Part shown: piece by piece, positions 26,215 through 38,049 of the stretch | Layout: each line of letters begins with the position of its first letter | How positions within the stretch are numbered: the first letter of the stretch is position 1 | From: Leptogorgia sarmentosa | Lineage: Eukaryota | Direction: 5' to 3' | NCBI GenBank assembly: GCA_964658305.1 | Contig: OZ210885.1 | Location: forward strand, 9,858,001-9,922,000 | Length of the DNA: 64,000 nucleotides | Position numbers and translations under genes: made by a program | Notes under the pieces: generated by a model | Told to the model about the DNA's origin: nothing | Databases searched by the model: none | What the model saw: the letters and a program-made list of their open reading frames with translations, nothing else

Positions 26215-26680
26215 AAGACGAGCACGTTGCTTTAATCGATTTTGCCCAGATGAGAGATTACCTAATGCTCCGGCTCTTGGTCGCAAGCGGTCAGCGAGCC
26301 GGTGCACTCTGGAACGAAGATATTAAGAACATGGGTCAGAAGTACCTGACACAATTGAGGCTCCACGAGAATAGCGACTGGGTGACGGAAGGCAAGCTGG
26401 GTATAACGCCCGAACCTATCTTATTCGTGAATGCTTCTGGACAGCGTTTGACATAATCCAGGGCCTCCAAGCGAATGATGGGACAAGGGATGGGCGTGGA
26501 CGTCCACGGAGCTGGCCTCCGGAAATCTCTCATAAGCAAAAAGAGGAAAATGGGGCCTTCGTCAGCTGTCAGCGATGAGCAGCTGGCGAAACAGATGTCC
26601 CATTCGGTGACGACGTCAGACAAATACTACAATGTGGCAGGGACGGGGAAGAAGACGTGCGAGTGGCGAAGTTTTTAAGT
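26215..26680 (+). pseudogene. Tyrosine recombinase remnant (Crypton-like or virus-derived) with an internal deletion and an in-frame stop
   Basis: RDYLMLRLLVASGQRAGAL (first catalytic R), LFVNASG, GLRKS, LAKQMSHSVTTSDKYY (H...Y); TAA at 26454. Confidence 0.75.
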
Positions 26681-27060
26681 GACATAACCACTGGGGAGGA
26701 GGTTAGTTACTACCTGACATAAATAAGTTTAAGTTATCGTTGTTCATAATTCTTTTTTTATTTATTTACCTGACCAGCAAGAGCAAGAAGGAGAACCGTC
26801 CGGGGAGGAAGAGAGAATGCAGGAACCGCCACAAAGAAGAAAGGTAACTACCTGATATGAATAAGTTTTCAGGAATTGGTTTCTCCCACGAAAGATATCG
26901 TTGTTCCTAATTTTTTTATAGCACATTCCACACGTGTCTCATCTAACAAAGTAGGTTCGTGCGTTTGTCATTATTGAATCTATTGTGATTACAGTCGCTT
27001 TAGAACTTATCAATAAAGGTTTACTAAGAAAAAATACAACAAGACTGGGAATGAATGCTA

Positions 27061-27173
27061 ATTAACAATTAGATTACGAGCTCGAGATTTCTATGAGGTG
27101 ATAGTTGGTGAGGGCGAAGACCGAATCAACTATCATCTCGTAGAAATCGAGAGCGAGTAATCTAATTGTTTTA
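27061..27173. repeat. Imperfect palindrome of a dispersed repeat
   Basis: AACAATTAGATTAC..GATTTCTATGAG pairs with CTCGTAGAAATC..GTAATCTAATTGTT. Confidence 0.75.
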
Positions 27174-28156
27174 GTAGAATCAGAGATCAAACATGAAAAT
27201 ATTGCAAAAAATAATTTAAAACCGAGTCTCAGAAGACATTTTCCTGAACGAAAATTCACATTCACACCTATCGAGGAATAGATAGCGAGTAGAGTAGCCG
27301 ATCAAATTTCAGCATTTGCAATAGTATACGAGTATGATTCTACTAATTGTGGATAGTTTTTGGACCAGGAACTGGTTCCTAAACGCTGCTAATTTTGTAA
27401 TGACATTTATAAATAAGGTTGGAAATTGAGTATTTTGGAAATTGAGTATTTTTTACACATTGGTTTGAGTCGGAGCATTTCTGTATTATAGTAAATTCGA
27501 CTTAGTCGATCATCACAACGAAAATACTATGTATTACTCCTAATGTAAGCTTAAACGACCAGTCTCGGAAAAAACTAATAATTTTTAATACTGAAAAAAA
27601 CGGTGTGCATCTCAGCGAGAACACTATGTCTTACCCCTAACGTAAGCTTAAACGAGTTCCCAATCTCGAAAAAACTTATTAACTGAGTACGCTATGCCCC
27701 ACACTATGCGTGGGAAACGAGGATCTAAATTCTCAAAACACTGACAAAAGATAAGAGGAACTGAGACGTCAAGTTTAAGTCAAGCACCTCAACCTGACAA
27801 CAGAAGCACGCAGCAAGGTTGGAAGTAAAGACCACCGCCTTAGCGTTACCCCCTACAGGGCCCCGCAAACAGGCACGAACACGAAGAGTACTGCTGCCAA
27901 AATCAAGGCCAAACGATGCACGAACGAATAGCGAACACGTACGGAATTCACAACACTTGACAGCACCAAGCAGAAACACGAAAGGAATTCAGAACACTTC
28001 TTCAACTCTTCGATTCTTCAACTCTTCTCTTCTCTTCTCCAACTCTTCGCTTCTCCCAACTCTTCGGTTCTTCGGTTCTTCGACACTTCGACTCTTCGAT
28101 TCTTCGACTCTTCGCCCGGAGGCGATTTACTTGCTATTCCGAGCCTTATTTTAATC

Positions 28157-28627
28157 GAGAAAAGCGAGCTTAAGATTACGGGACGCGGCCACCCGGAAGG
28201 TAATATTCAATTTTCAGTTTATAGCGCATGCGTGATTTCACGTCGTCAAAGTTTTTATCACTAGCTTTGTTCTTTCATGGAATGGCTCAATCAACTAAAA
28301 CTATACATCGCTTCACAGATGATACAACAAAAGAGTAGTTTTATAACAATCTTATTGTCTTTATTTTTTAAAACGTTCTTTAGTGATAATCTTAATGCGA
28401 AGAATTTAGCGCGCGGGCTCTGAACAAACATCACTGGTTGAAACCAACGTGGTTGTTTTATCTCCAGGGAGACAACGTTGCCGGCGAACATTCTCTTCAC
28501 TGCTTTTTTCATGCGCTCGCTCACTTAGTTGCCCGGTAGCACTCTTTCACGACCGGTGCGTGAGTGCGGAAATGGTAGACAGCAGACACACATAGAGATC
28601 AGAAGGAGACTCGAACTGCGCTTCGGT
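28157..28627 (+). mobile_element. Dispersed repeat with an inverted, highly similar copy at 53772-54223
   Basis: GAGAAAAGCGAGCTTAAGATTACGGGACGCGGCCACCCGG..ACTGCGCTTCGGT matches the reverse complement of 53772-54223. Confidence 0.85.
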
Positions 28628-29745
28628 TGGTTGTGCCAAAAGGGAGACGCAAAGGTGGCATGTTCGTTTCAGAAATGTTTGGCATGTTCATTCAGACAAT
28701 GTGTATTTACTAGCAGTTTGTATGTATGTATGCAGTTGTCAGTCCATACAGTGTCCCGAAACCTCAGATCCAACTTTATTTCATTTTACATCTCGTGTTT
28801 ATAATCCCCGTCGCTTTGCATTATCTTTGGCTTAGATAAATATAGTGCCAAGTTTGACAGCTCTCAGATGCAGGAACTTCGGCCCTTGCTACTTGCTGAT
28901 TATCTATCGACACTTTTGCGTTTTGTTTTTATGTTCATTGACATAATACTGTTTTACCTACAATGTATACATTACGATCCGTAATTATAGTCCGACTTCG
29001 TATCATCATATCACGTGAAAGATATATTTCCGAAGCTTTTGAAAAACTGGCCTGAATATTTCATTACTGAATTAGTCTATCTTCGTATCATGAAAAAATC
29101 TTCCCTGGTTTTTAGAAGTGGTGAAATATATATCCCGTATACGAAATACACTGTTCAATTATTGACCACGTATTAATTAATGTCGAAATCTATCTTATTA
29201 TCTTTTAGTTCCCAAATATATTTCGAAAGTTTTGTTTCATTTGAGTAACTTTTGTGGTTAAAAGACTTAATGTGGTTTCCATATCGCTCTTTAAATTTGC
29301 TTGCTGCCATGCCTATGTAGTGTTTTAAGCTGCTTGTGCTTGTGCATGTGACACGCTATGGGGGTCTGTGGTTCTCCCCCAGAAAATTTTTGACGTTACA
29401 AAGCCCTGGGATGGCATCTACGGCGATTTCAGCGACAAAATTAATGAAAACGAATTTGTGTTTGTTTCACCTGTAGTGAATGACTGGAATCACTACTAAA
29501 ATAAGGTAAATACAACAGGCAAAAGTATCTTCAAATATTTGTAATTTCAAGGTAGGGATATAAATATGTTATATATATTTTATGTTATTTAGCAGCTAAG
29601 AGAACCTGCAGCCATTACACCACAGAACCTTAGCACGACTTTGAAAATAATTCCTCATTGTTTCACGTTTCCTTGTTTCGTTGATAGCGAAAGGAATCTC
29701 TTCAAACGATGTGGATGTTTACTAAAAAGAAATTATATTGTCACA

Positions 29746-29827
29746 GGTATTGTGGCCGAGTGGTCTAAGGCGCTGGTTTAAGGCACCAGTCATTTCAATG
29801 GCGGGGGTTCGAATCCCAACGCTGCCA
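29746..29827 (+). tRNA. tRNA-Leu(AAG), with acceptor and T-stem mismatches
   Basis: CTGGT-TTAAGGC-ACCAG anticodon arm; long variable arm. Confidence 0.7.
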
Positions 29828-30494
29828 AATTTTCGTTGTTCATGGCTGTATTGAGCTGACCTTAGTTTTAAAACGTGATGCTTCTTTTCTATTATTTGTT
29901 AAAATTCATAATTTAACCCACAACGGAAGAAAGTAAAATTAACATTATTCTAATTTTACCGTCGTTTTGGCATTGGTTTCTATCCCTTAGTGTCCCCTCA
30001 GTAATTAAAATAACCAGCTCAACTTGTCATTAATCTCTCTCTTGGATAAATTTGATTCGATTAACTCTGAATTGCAACATGGATGGTGGAAGGGGAAGGC
30101 AATAAAATTCGTTGCATTACAAAATATTCAAAAATAGGCTCTGCCGAAACTTGCACGTTTCTCTTCACATGTCACAAATAATCCACAAATTGTCACTACC
30201 ATGGTGTGGTTCTCTGGTTTGAATCCCGCGTTTTTACCGCCATTGCCCTGGTTCGATTCCCGGCATTGGAATGCTTTCTGAAAATTTGAAATAGTTTCTG
30301 TTCACATCTTCGAACACATTCTCGGAAACCAAACCAGTTTAACAATGCCACAACCTTGTGCCGCAAATGGCAGCGCGCGTCAGAAGTGTAAAAATTTCCT
30401 AGAACTTACTATGATTTATTTTTGACGGAGTTTGGTGAAAATGTTCGGCATCTTGTGAAATATGAACATTATAACGAAAGAGTTGAGCAACTTT

Positions 30495-30565
30495 GCGTTG
30501 GTGGTTCAGTGGTAGAATTCTCGCCTTCCACGCGGGAGACCTGGGTTCGATTCCCCGCTAACGCA
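30495..30565 (+). tRNA. tRNA-Gly(TCC) on the Gly(GCC) body
   Basis: CTCGC-CTTCCAC-GCGGG. Confidence 0.8.
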
Positions 30566-30655
30566 GGTTATTTTCATTTTGTTGCGTTTCAATTTCAACT
30601 GCAACACGAGAAAATACCTGGCTTCGTAACACAGGAATAGTCAACAAGCTATCAC

Positions 30656-30725
30656 TCCCATGTGGTCTAGCGTTTAGGATCCCCGTTTTCACCGCCATGC
30701 CCGGGTTCGATTGCCGGCATGGGAA
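30656..30725 (+). pseudogene. tRNA-Glu(TTC), degenerate
   Basis: Glu body with deletions and mismatches. Confidence 0.65.
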
Positions 30726-30801
30726 TTTTTTCTGAAAATTTCAATTTGAAGCAGCTTGTGTTCACATTTTCTCTGAAACCAAACCATTTTAACAGCGCTA
30801 C

Positions 30802-30874
30802 GACCTTGTGACGCAATTGGTAGTGCGTCTGACTCCAGATCAAAAGGTTAAGTGTCGAATTCACTTCAAGGTCA
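30802..30874 (+). tRNA. tRNA-Trp(CCA), degenerate T-loop
   Basis: TCTGA-CTCCAGA-TCAAA. Confidence 0.65.
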
Positions 30875-30976
30875 AGCACTTGTGGCGAGGCTGTCACTCA
30901 AAATTTTCTTCGAAATTCATGATCAAATTAAAAATATTATTGTTATTTTCACATTCCGAGAAAAGATAAATGTTTC

Positions 30977-31048
30977 TCCCATGTGGTCCAGTGGTCAGGA
31001 TCTGGCGCTCTCACCGCCAAAGCCCGGGTTCGATTCCCGGCATGGGAA
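30977..31048 (+). tRNA. tRNA-Glu(CTC)
   Basis: TGGCG-CTCTCAC-CGCCA; intact cloverleaf. Confidence 0.88.
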
Positions 31049-31633
31049 TAATACTTGCGATAGAAGGAAAAAAATATGCAATTCGAGAAATTAGCAAAAC
31101 CATGCATGGCTATTATACTAGCTCTATCCCTCTTACCCATTCTTTTGGTGTTTTCTGTATTATTTTAAGTCTTTAGTGACATGATTTTGCTTTTCCAAAA
31201 CAAATGATTTTGCTGATTATGTTTAAAGTGTAACAATTTCCTAGAACTTCTAACGCAGATTATTATATGGACAGCGGTATTTTATTGGGAACTAAGGCCC
31301 TGTTCAGACGTCGAACTTTTCATGTGCCGAATCAAATGTTTTTATTTATTGCATGAAAAGTTCGACGTTTGAATCAATTGGTTGCAGCAGAAATTTATTA
31401 TGTTCGACAGTTATTTTATTCGACAGAGCAAGTCGAATATAACGACTAAAGTTCGACGTCGGTTCATACGTCGAACCTCTCATGTGCAAAATCTAATGCA
31501 TAAATTATTATAATTAAAACTAATTATATTATTTTCAATAGTTGACCCCGATTATCCATTAATATCCAAGACTTTTGTCTGAATGTCATGCGCACTGTTG
31601 AAAGCTTACATCCTTACTGCATGTGTTTACAAA

Positions 31634-33245
31634 ATGGCGGGGAATGGTATTTGCCGCTCCTGCAATTTCGAAACAAAATATATTTGCATAAAGTGTAAAG
31701 TGTATTGTTGTACAAGATGCTCAGAACCTGAATGTGATGAAGAAACCCCTGGCTGGAAAGCGGGGAAATCTGTCGGCTATTGTGAAGACTGTTCATTGAG
31801 GATACTGGACGAGGACTCGGATGAAAGTCAAAGCTATTTAGGGAAACAAGGCATTGAAAAGAAAATCAAAAGGTAATTTATTTTCAATCCATTTTAGGCG
31901 ATTAATTTTCGATACATTTTAAAACAACATGTACTTAATGCTGTAGAAATGTGCTACCAAGTCTGGGTTTGCTACTTGATTTGAGCAATGGACAGCTACC
32001 GCCAGCTATGAAATGCTGTAAAATTTAGTTGCTCTCCACCCCTTGCCACACTCTCATTAAATAAAAGTACTATTTTTTGTAAAAAGAAATTGTGTTAAAT
32101 TTATAAATATACAAGCCCATCATGTATTTGCTCTGTTGTAATTTTTTTATATCCATATTCTTTGCTGCCAGAAATGATGGGGAATGTACAAATTTAGGAT
32201 GACAATTTGTTGGCAAAGAATTATCAACAAACTTTGCCTGAAGTAGAGATTGGGCAGCATACTAAAAGGTGTCTTGTTTAGACTGAAACAACTGGCTAAT
32301 AGCACTGCATCTGATGAAGAAGATGAAGATTGTAAAGTAGAGGAAAAGAAAGGAAAAGAAAAGAAAAAGCCTGGAAGAAAGTCAAATTGGAGTTCTGAAA
32401 CAATCGATGATTTTATTGATATAGTTGTCAATGATGACTACTATAAAAAAAAATTGGTGTTCACCAACACTAAAAATCAGAAAAATGGTGAGATATATGA
32501 AAAAATTCTTTCTGTGTTAAAAGAGAGAGCAACTAAAAGAGGTGAGGTAATTAATTTCACTGTGGCACAGTTAAGAAACAAGTTCAAGAAATGTGTCAGT
32601 GAGTGCAAACAAGCAGCACTAACAATAAAAACAGCTACTGGAATAAAAAGATTCCAAGAAGAACGTGGATTTGGCAATTGGTTTAATGCACTATTTGCTC
32701 TGGTAAAATCCAGAGATTCGTGTAAACCTGAGCTAGCACTAAAGCCATCATCCTTGAGCTTGGATCAACAATCCACTGAGGCCACTACTGATGAAAACAG
32801 TAAGGACAAACTTTTTATCCCAATTAAAAAGAAACCAAAACTAAAGCCATTAGAGAAGCTCACTGAAACTGCTGCTGAAGCAATGAATGTTGTAAAAGAG
32901 ACACTGAAAAATGATCCAACCAAAGATCTTATTGCTTTCATGAGAGAGGAAATGGATAAGTCACGGGAACATGAACTGAAATTAGTTGGCATTATGCAAA
33001 GTTTCAGGCAAAGTAACATGCCATTTCAAAGTCCACCACAATTTCAATCAGTTCCTGGAATGCCATGTGGAGAGGGTTCCTTACTATCCACAACAAATTA
33101 CCCAACTTGGAATATTGCAATTGGTAGTCCAAACCAACCAACAGCGGCAGCTTGTCAAAATCCACAAGTGGTTTGCAGTAGAACTACTGAGGCAGAATCA
33201 GGATCGTTTCACCACGACGGGAACAGATTATATCAAAAATTGTAA
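31634..33245 (+). CDS. Harbinger accessory DNA-binding protein: Cys-rich Zn-finger exon (31634-31872) spliced to a Myb/SANT-like exon (32282-33245)
   Basis: AG|GT at 31872 and AG at 32281 join in frame; CxxC-rich N terminus; WSSETIDDFI..QLRNKFKKC Myb-like motif. Confidence 0.85.
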
Positions 33246-33578
33246 TTTGTATACATATCATAATCCATGGACATGTAAGATTTGTTTTGTTTAACACAAA
33301 CTATAATAAGAACAGTAAGTTTTTGTTGAAATTATGTTTGCAGAGGAGAAAAACATTTAGGCTGTTGATGTGTTTTCTCAGCCAATTATTAAGGATGTTT
33401 TTTATTGAATGAACTGAAGATGGGTCTATACAGTATCAGCGCTACCAGTTAGTGTTTTCAACATCAGTAATAACATTACTCACAATTTCATTGTTTTCTA
33501 AAATATTTGCTACTGTGTTGTTCTAAAGTAGCTTTCATTTTAACAGTAACACAAAGTTCGTATTTAATAAACAATTAT

Positions 33579-34916
33579 TTAAGAGACCAGTCCAGTTTCT
33601 TTTTCTAGCCAAAGTTTTCGGCACAGTGCATCTCTAACTTGTTTTCCATAAGCTCCAGTATCATTAACATTCTTACAACATGTCATTTGCAAACGTTCTC
33701 TAATATCATCACGATTTCGCTTCTCTAGGGTGTCTGGGTCAAAGGTAAGATCAAGTTTCTTGGATAGTGAATCTCTTTGGTCAATACAAATGTTGTGCAA
33801 AATCATGCATGCCAGTGTAGCAAGCGTTACCATGTCACTTTCACTCTCGTTTTTTCGAAGCAGAACCCTCCATCTTCCCTTTAACTGTCCATACGCGCCC
33901 TCTGTAACCATACGGGCTCTACTCAATCTATAATTAAAATATTTCTGCTGAGGGCTTAAAACTGCATCAGTATATGGTTTCATGAGCCATGCACGAAGAG
34001 GAAACGCCGAATCTGCAACAATCAATGGGGGCACATTTAGCTTTTCTATAATCTTCCCCATTTCTGGAATACAGCCTTCTTGGATCGAATTCCACAAATC
34101 AGTCGACTGAAAAATTATCGAGTCGTGCGAGTTGCCTGGGAACCCACAACTACCCCAAATAAATCGATAATTTGAATCAACCAAAGCCATCAAAACCACG
34201 GAATAAAAGTTTTTGAAGTTGTGATACTCTTTTGACGCCTCTTGACCTCCCGGTGGACACTTGATGGGGATATGGCAGCCATCAAGGGCAGACCAGCAAC
34301 AAGGGAACTGCCACATTTCCTCCATATCTAAAATTTTTTCTCTGAATTCTCCTTCTGATCTGGGCATGAGTGCAGAAATGGTGTCCGTCCACAATTCCTC
34401 TACCAGGGCTCGACATACCTCATGAACAATGGAACAAACAGTAGATACACCCAGTCCAACCATTTCGGCAATTGTGTAGTAGTAATCCCCTCTTCCCATC
34501 CGATACAAGCACAGAGCAAGTCGCAGTTCGGGGGCAATCGGATCCTCGGCTAATGTTTTCCTTTCCAGTTGACCTTTTATGCGGCTCAAAATGTAGATAA
34601 AAGTTGAACGTGACACCCTGAAGGTTTTCTTGAATCTAGATGCTGAATACGTCCCCCAAACCTTCCCCCACCATCCCGTATTTCTTCCCAATCGGCGACA
34701 ACTTCTAGGGCTTCTAATGATTGTTGTGCTAGAACAGCTCATCACACTTAAAACCATCACAACAAAACAAACAGTTAGAAGCCTTTTTCTTCGAGCTATT
34801 AACTGATTGAGTGAAGAATGGAGTATAAGGCGTCGTCTTCTGTTTTGTTTCAATAAATTTAATAAAAACATCACTGTACAATCTTCATCTCCCGCCATGT
34901 TTAAATTTAGCGCCAA
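33579..34916 (-). CDS. Harbinger DDE transposase (HARBI1-like), 445 aa, uninterrupted
   Basis: FRVSRSTF, ALDGCHIPI, GNSHDS, VADSAFPL, RARMVTEGAYGQLKGRWR, LHNIC. Confidence 0.96.
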   Translation of the reverse strand: MALNLNMAGDEDCTVMFLLNLLKQNRRRRLILHSSLNQLIARRKRLLTVCFVVMVLSVMSCSSTTIIRSPRSCRRLGRNTGWWGKVWGTYSASRFKKTFRVSRSTFIYILSRIKGQLERKTLAEDPIAPELRLALCLYRMGRGDYYYTIAEMVGLGVSTVCSIVHEVCRALVEELWTDTISALMPRSEGEFREKILDMEEMWQFPCCWSALDGCHIPIKCPPGGQEASKEYHNFKNFYSVVLMALVDSNYRFIWGSCGFPGNSHDSIIFQSTDLWNSIQEGCIPEMGKIIEKLNVPPLIVADSAFPLRAWLMKPYTDAVLSPQQKYFNYRLSRARMVTEGAYGQLKGRWRVLLRKNESESDMVTLATLACMILHNICIDQRDSLSKKLDLTFDPDTLEKRNRDDIRERLQMTCCKNVNDTGAYGKQVRDALCRKLWLEKETGLVS

Positions 34917-35546
34917 TGATAAAAACCGCTGGACAAGAAAACTACTTTTTGTTTTTGAAAATTAAGTTCGACTCGTATTAATTTTGACGTTTGAATCAAA
35001 CGTCGAATATTTTTATTTAGGTCGACTCGAATTGGAATTAAATTCGGCACATGAAAAGTTCGACGTTTGAACCAGGCCTAAAACACTCGTAGAACTCATA
35101 CGCCACTACATCCGGGATACGGTGCGCGTATTTTCCGTATGTCACGCTTAGGGGTGACATAACCTTCCCGCCTTTTTCGCTGTTTACAAAATGGCGTCTA
35201 CTTCAAGGTTTGTGAATTTAAGCGAAGATGATTATTACGTTTTGCGACGAACAATAAAGCTACAATACAACATTAAACTACAATAAAGCGGTATTTTATA
35301 ATCTATATTTAGTAAAGGCTAATTTTAAAGCCATTAATTGTCGTGTTTTAGACTGCATGTTTTCATTAAAAGGGTAGTTGTTGTGTATTTGTGTCACTCT
35401 GAATAAGTCCATATAATAAACAGAACATTACACGGTTCGCTCGGAGATATTGTTCTTGCCACTCGAACATAAAATCCATATCTTCTCGCAACCGTGTAAT
35501 ATCCTATATATATTTTCATTTTGTTGCATTTAGAGTTCAAGCCCCG

Positions 35547-35760
35547 GTGCGACACTTTTCTTTCGCGTTGGCGATTTCAAGTTAAAACTTTTTTCCCTCA
35601 ATATTTTGCCGACCTCTATGGTCAGGGTTAGTATTTAGGGTTTGGGTTGGGATCTTAGTCTATATAAAACTAGTTCACGGCTAATACTAATACTATATAA
35701 ACGGTTATATTAAAATCATGACGTCATGGTACGTTAGCTCTATATGATCTAACGCTCACC
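35547..35760. mobile_element. MITE relic related to the Mutator-like element at 45513
   Basis: Ends ATGATCTAACGCTCACC, resembling the 45513 TIR; internal AGGGTT motifs; no TSD found. Confidence 0.4.
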
Positions 35761-35804
35761 GCTTTAAAGAATTTGAAAATTTTCAAGTTTATAGGTATGA
35801 TAAG

Positions 35805-35884
35805 AAGGAGCGGGCGGATTTGAATCACCGGCCTCTCGATCTCCAGTCGAATTAATGCTCTACCATGTACTGAGCTACACTCCC
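35805..35884 (-). pseudogene. tRNA-Cys pseudogene (insertions; anticodon mutated to GGA)
   Basis: Aligns to the Cys gene at 48505. Confidence 0.75.
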
Positions 35885-36190
35885 TGTGTAGTCGACTAGG
35901 TTAATTACGTACATATACTTTCAAACGCAGCTATAATCAATTCACGGACCTCTTTTTTTTCAATTTTACATTCAAATACAAAATCATTCTTGGCATGTTT
36001 TATAACCTTAATATAATAAAAAACGCGACTTCTTTCCGTTGATTTTGTAGATGGAAAACTTGGACCTTGAATCTGTCACTTTAAACATTCAACTCTCACA
36101 ACAACTAGAACAGAATGTCCTCTCATCGAGGTTTTTCCCCGAAAAATTCATGTTTAAATTCGAGACGAAAATATTGAAGACTTTGCATAA

Positions 36191-36272
36191 CGTAGTCGGC
36201 AGGATTTGAACCTGCGCAGGAAACTCCCAACAGATTTCTAGTCTGTCGCCTTAACCACTCGGCCACGACTAC
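36191..36272 (-). tRNA. tRNA-Ser(AGA)
   Basis: ACAGA-CTAGAAA-TCTGT; 82 nt. Confidence 0.9.
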
Positions 36273-36601
36273 GTTGCCACAACAGGTTTCGCGTAGTTCA
36301 AGTAAACATTGACGCCTATCACTAACCTACTCTCTCAGCGCTATACTGTGAATAATATGACATTAATATTGTTCTTCGATCAATTTGTTTCTATTAATTC
36401 TGAAAATAAAAAAATTCAAATAGTAGGAAATGGGCCGAAAGTGGCGGTTAACATCGCGTAGTGGTTCTTTTTTCGGAATTGGTACAACATCAGCGTTGTT
36501 CGAACCTGGGCGGACACATACATATGAGCTTTTTTAACTGCAGATATTTTTTCTTTACAAATTTTCAGTAAAAAACGAAAAGCGCATGCGTTAAGCGCAT
36601 G

Positions 36602-36658
36602 CTTATCACATGCGCTTAACACGCGAAAGGTCCTCAGTTCGAACCTGGGCGGAAACAT
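36602..36658 (+). pseudogene. tRNA-Val(AAC), 5'-truncated
   Basis: 3' two-thirds of the Val body. Confidence 0.65.
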
Positions 36659-36799
36659 ACATATGAGCTTTTTTAAATGGAGAAATTTTTTTCATTGGAA
36701 TTTTTCAGTAAAAAACCAGAAACATTTCTTGGTGATATCGAATTTGTGTAAATAGATCAGCTCTGAAAAGAAATGTTCTCAATTTTTTTGAAAATTTGT

Positions 36800-36925
36800 T
36801 GTCAGGAGTGGGGGATTCGAACCCACGACCACATGTGTGGACCAGAACGCCCTATTATGTCAAGGTTGATCGTGACAAGTTTTTGCACTTGAGTCTGGCG
36901 CTTTAGACCGCTCGGCCATCCTGAC
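36800..36925 (-). tRNA. tRNA-Leu(CAA) with 40-nt intron; variant with T-arm insertion
   Basis: CCAGA-CTCAAG-[intron]-TTCTGG. Confidence 0.78.
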
Positions 36926-37512
36926 ACGCATGAAAACATGGAATTTCCTACCACATTTATTCTTTGCTACCTTCAACATGCCACATTCCGTTCTGATTTT
37001 CTCTTGACAACTGACGTGAGCCGAATACATGATGCAAGTACACATTATTTTATTGGAATTTCTTCAATCAATCGCAGTTAAAATCGAACGATTTTAAAAC
37101 CATTGCGAATTTTCAATGGTCATCGGAAATACTGTGTTTATGTTGTTTTTGTATTATCTTGTTAGTGTTTGGGAGGGTGAATTTATGGTTTGCGATACAT
37201 TTCTTGTAGTGCACTGGTTACTACACGCTTCTAACACTGCAAGGACCCCAGTTTAAATCTGGCAAGGGACCAGCATCTCCATGAATTTGTTTCAAATTTT
37301 TTGTTGCATCGATTCTCTCCTCCAGAGTTCAATCCCGGGCAGAAAGAAGGAATCAATAATTCAGCGACTCTGGGCGGAAAGTTTTAGTGCTTTCATTTTA
37401 AATTTGTTACTTGGAAATAATTATATTGGAACAACGAAATGGCACCACAAATTTCGGATAATAATATCTAATTAAACTGAATAAATACATTTCTATGTAT
37501 CCGCATTGGTCA

Positions 37513-37585
37513 GTTTCCGTAGTGTAGTGGTTATCACATGCGCTTAACACGTGCAAGGTCCTCAGTTCGAACCTGGGCGGAAACA
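37513..37585 (+). tRNA. tRNA-Val(AAC)
   Basis: GTTTCCG acceptor; TGCGC-TTAACAC-GTGCA. Confidence 0.88.
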
Positions 37586-37696
37586 TTCATATGAGCTTTT
37601 TTAACTGCAGATATTTTTTTCGAAGATTTCAGTAAAAAACCTGAAAAATTAATTAAAGTGAATACATCTATTTCTATATGTTTTGCGCATATTCCA

Positions 37697-37781
37697 GTTT
37701 TGGTAGTGTAGTGGGCTTAACAGAAGGTTAAGTGTGCGCTTAACACGCGCAAGGTCCTCAGTTCGAACCTGGGCGTAAACA
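37697..37781 (+). pseudogene. tRNA-Val(AAC) pseudogene carrying a Trp-derived insert
   Basis: CAGAAGGTTAAGTGT at 37721-37735 is identical to part of tRNA-Trp. Confidence 0.7.
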
Positions 37782-37925
37782 TACATATATGAGCTTTTTT
37801 CTACTAGGCTTTTTTTTCTTTCGAATTTTTCAGTTAAGAACCAGAAAAATATTCTTGCTGATATCGAATTAGTTGAAATAGATCAGATTTGAAAAGAAAT
37901 GTTCTCAATTTGTTTGTAAAGTTGT

Positions 37926-38049
37926 TGTCAGGAGTGGGATTCGAACCCACGACCACATGTGTGGACCAGAACGCCCTATTATGTCAAGGTTGATCGTGAC
38001 AAGTTTTTGCACTTGAGTCTGGCGCCTTAGACCGCTCGGCCATCCTGAC
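37926..38049 (-). tRNA. tRNA-Leu(CAA) with 40-nt intron
   Basis: Intact cloverleaf; intron at position 37/38. Confidence 0.9.

Larger units (their letters stand above)
31296..35078. mobile_element. Full-length PIF/Harbinger DNA transposon
   Basis: TIRs GGCCCTGTTCAGACGTCGAACTTTTCATGTGCCGAAT (near-perfect at both ends); TAA TSD at 31293-31295 and 35079-35081; two convergent genes. Confidence 0.95.

Noticed and set aside
33579..34916. Domesticated host HARBI1 gene
   Set aside because: It is flanked by TIRs and a TSD and paired with a Myb-like gene, so it is a transposon.
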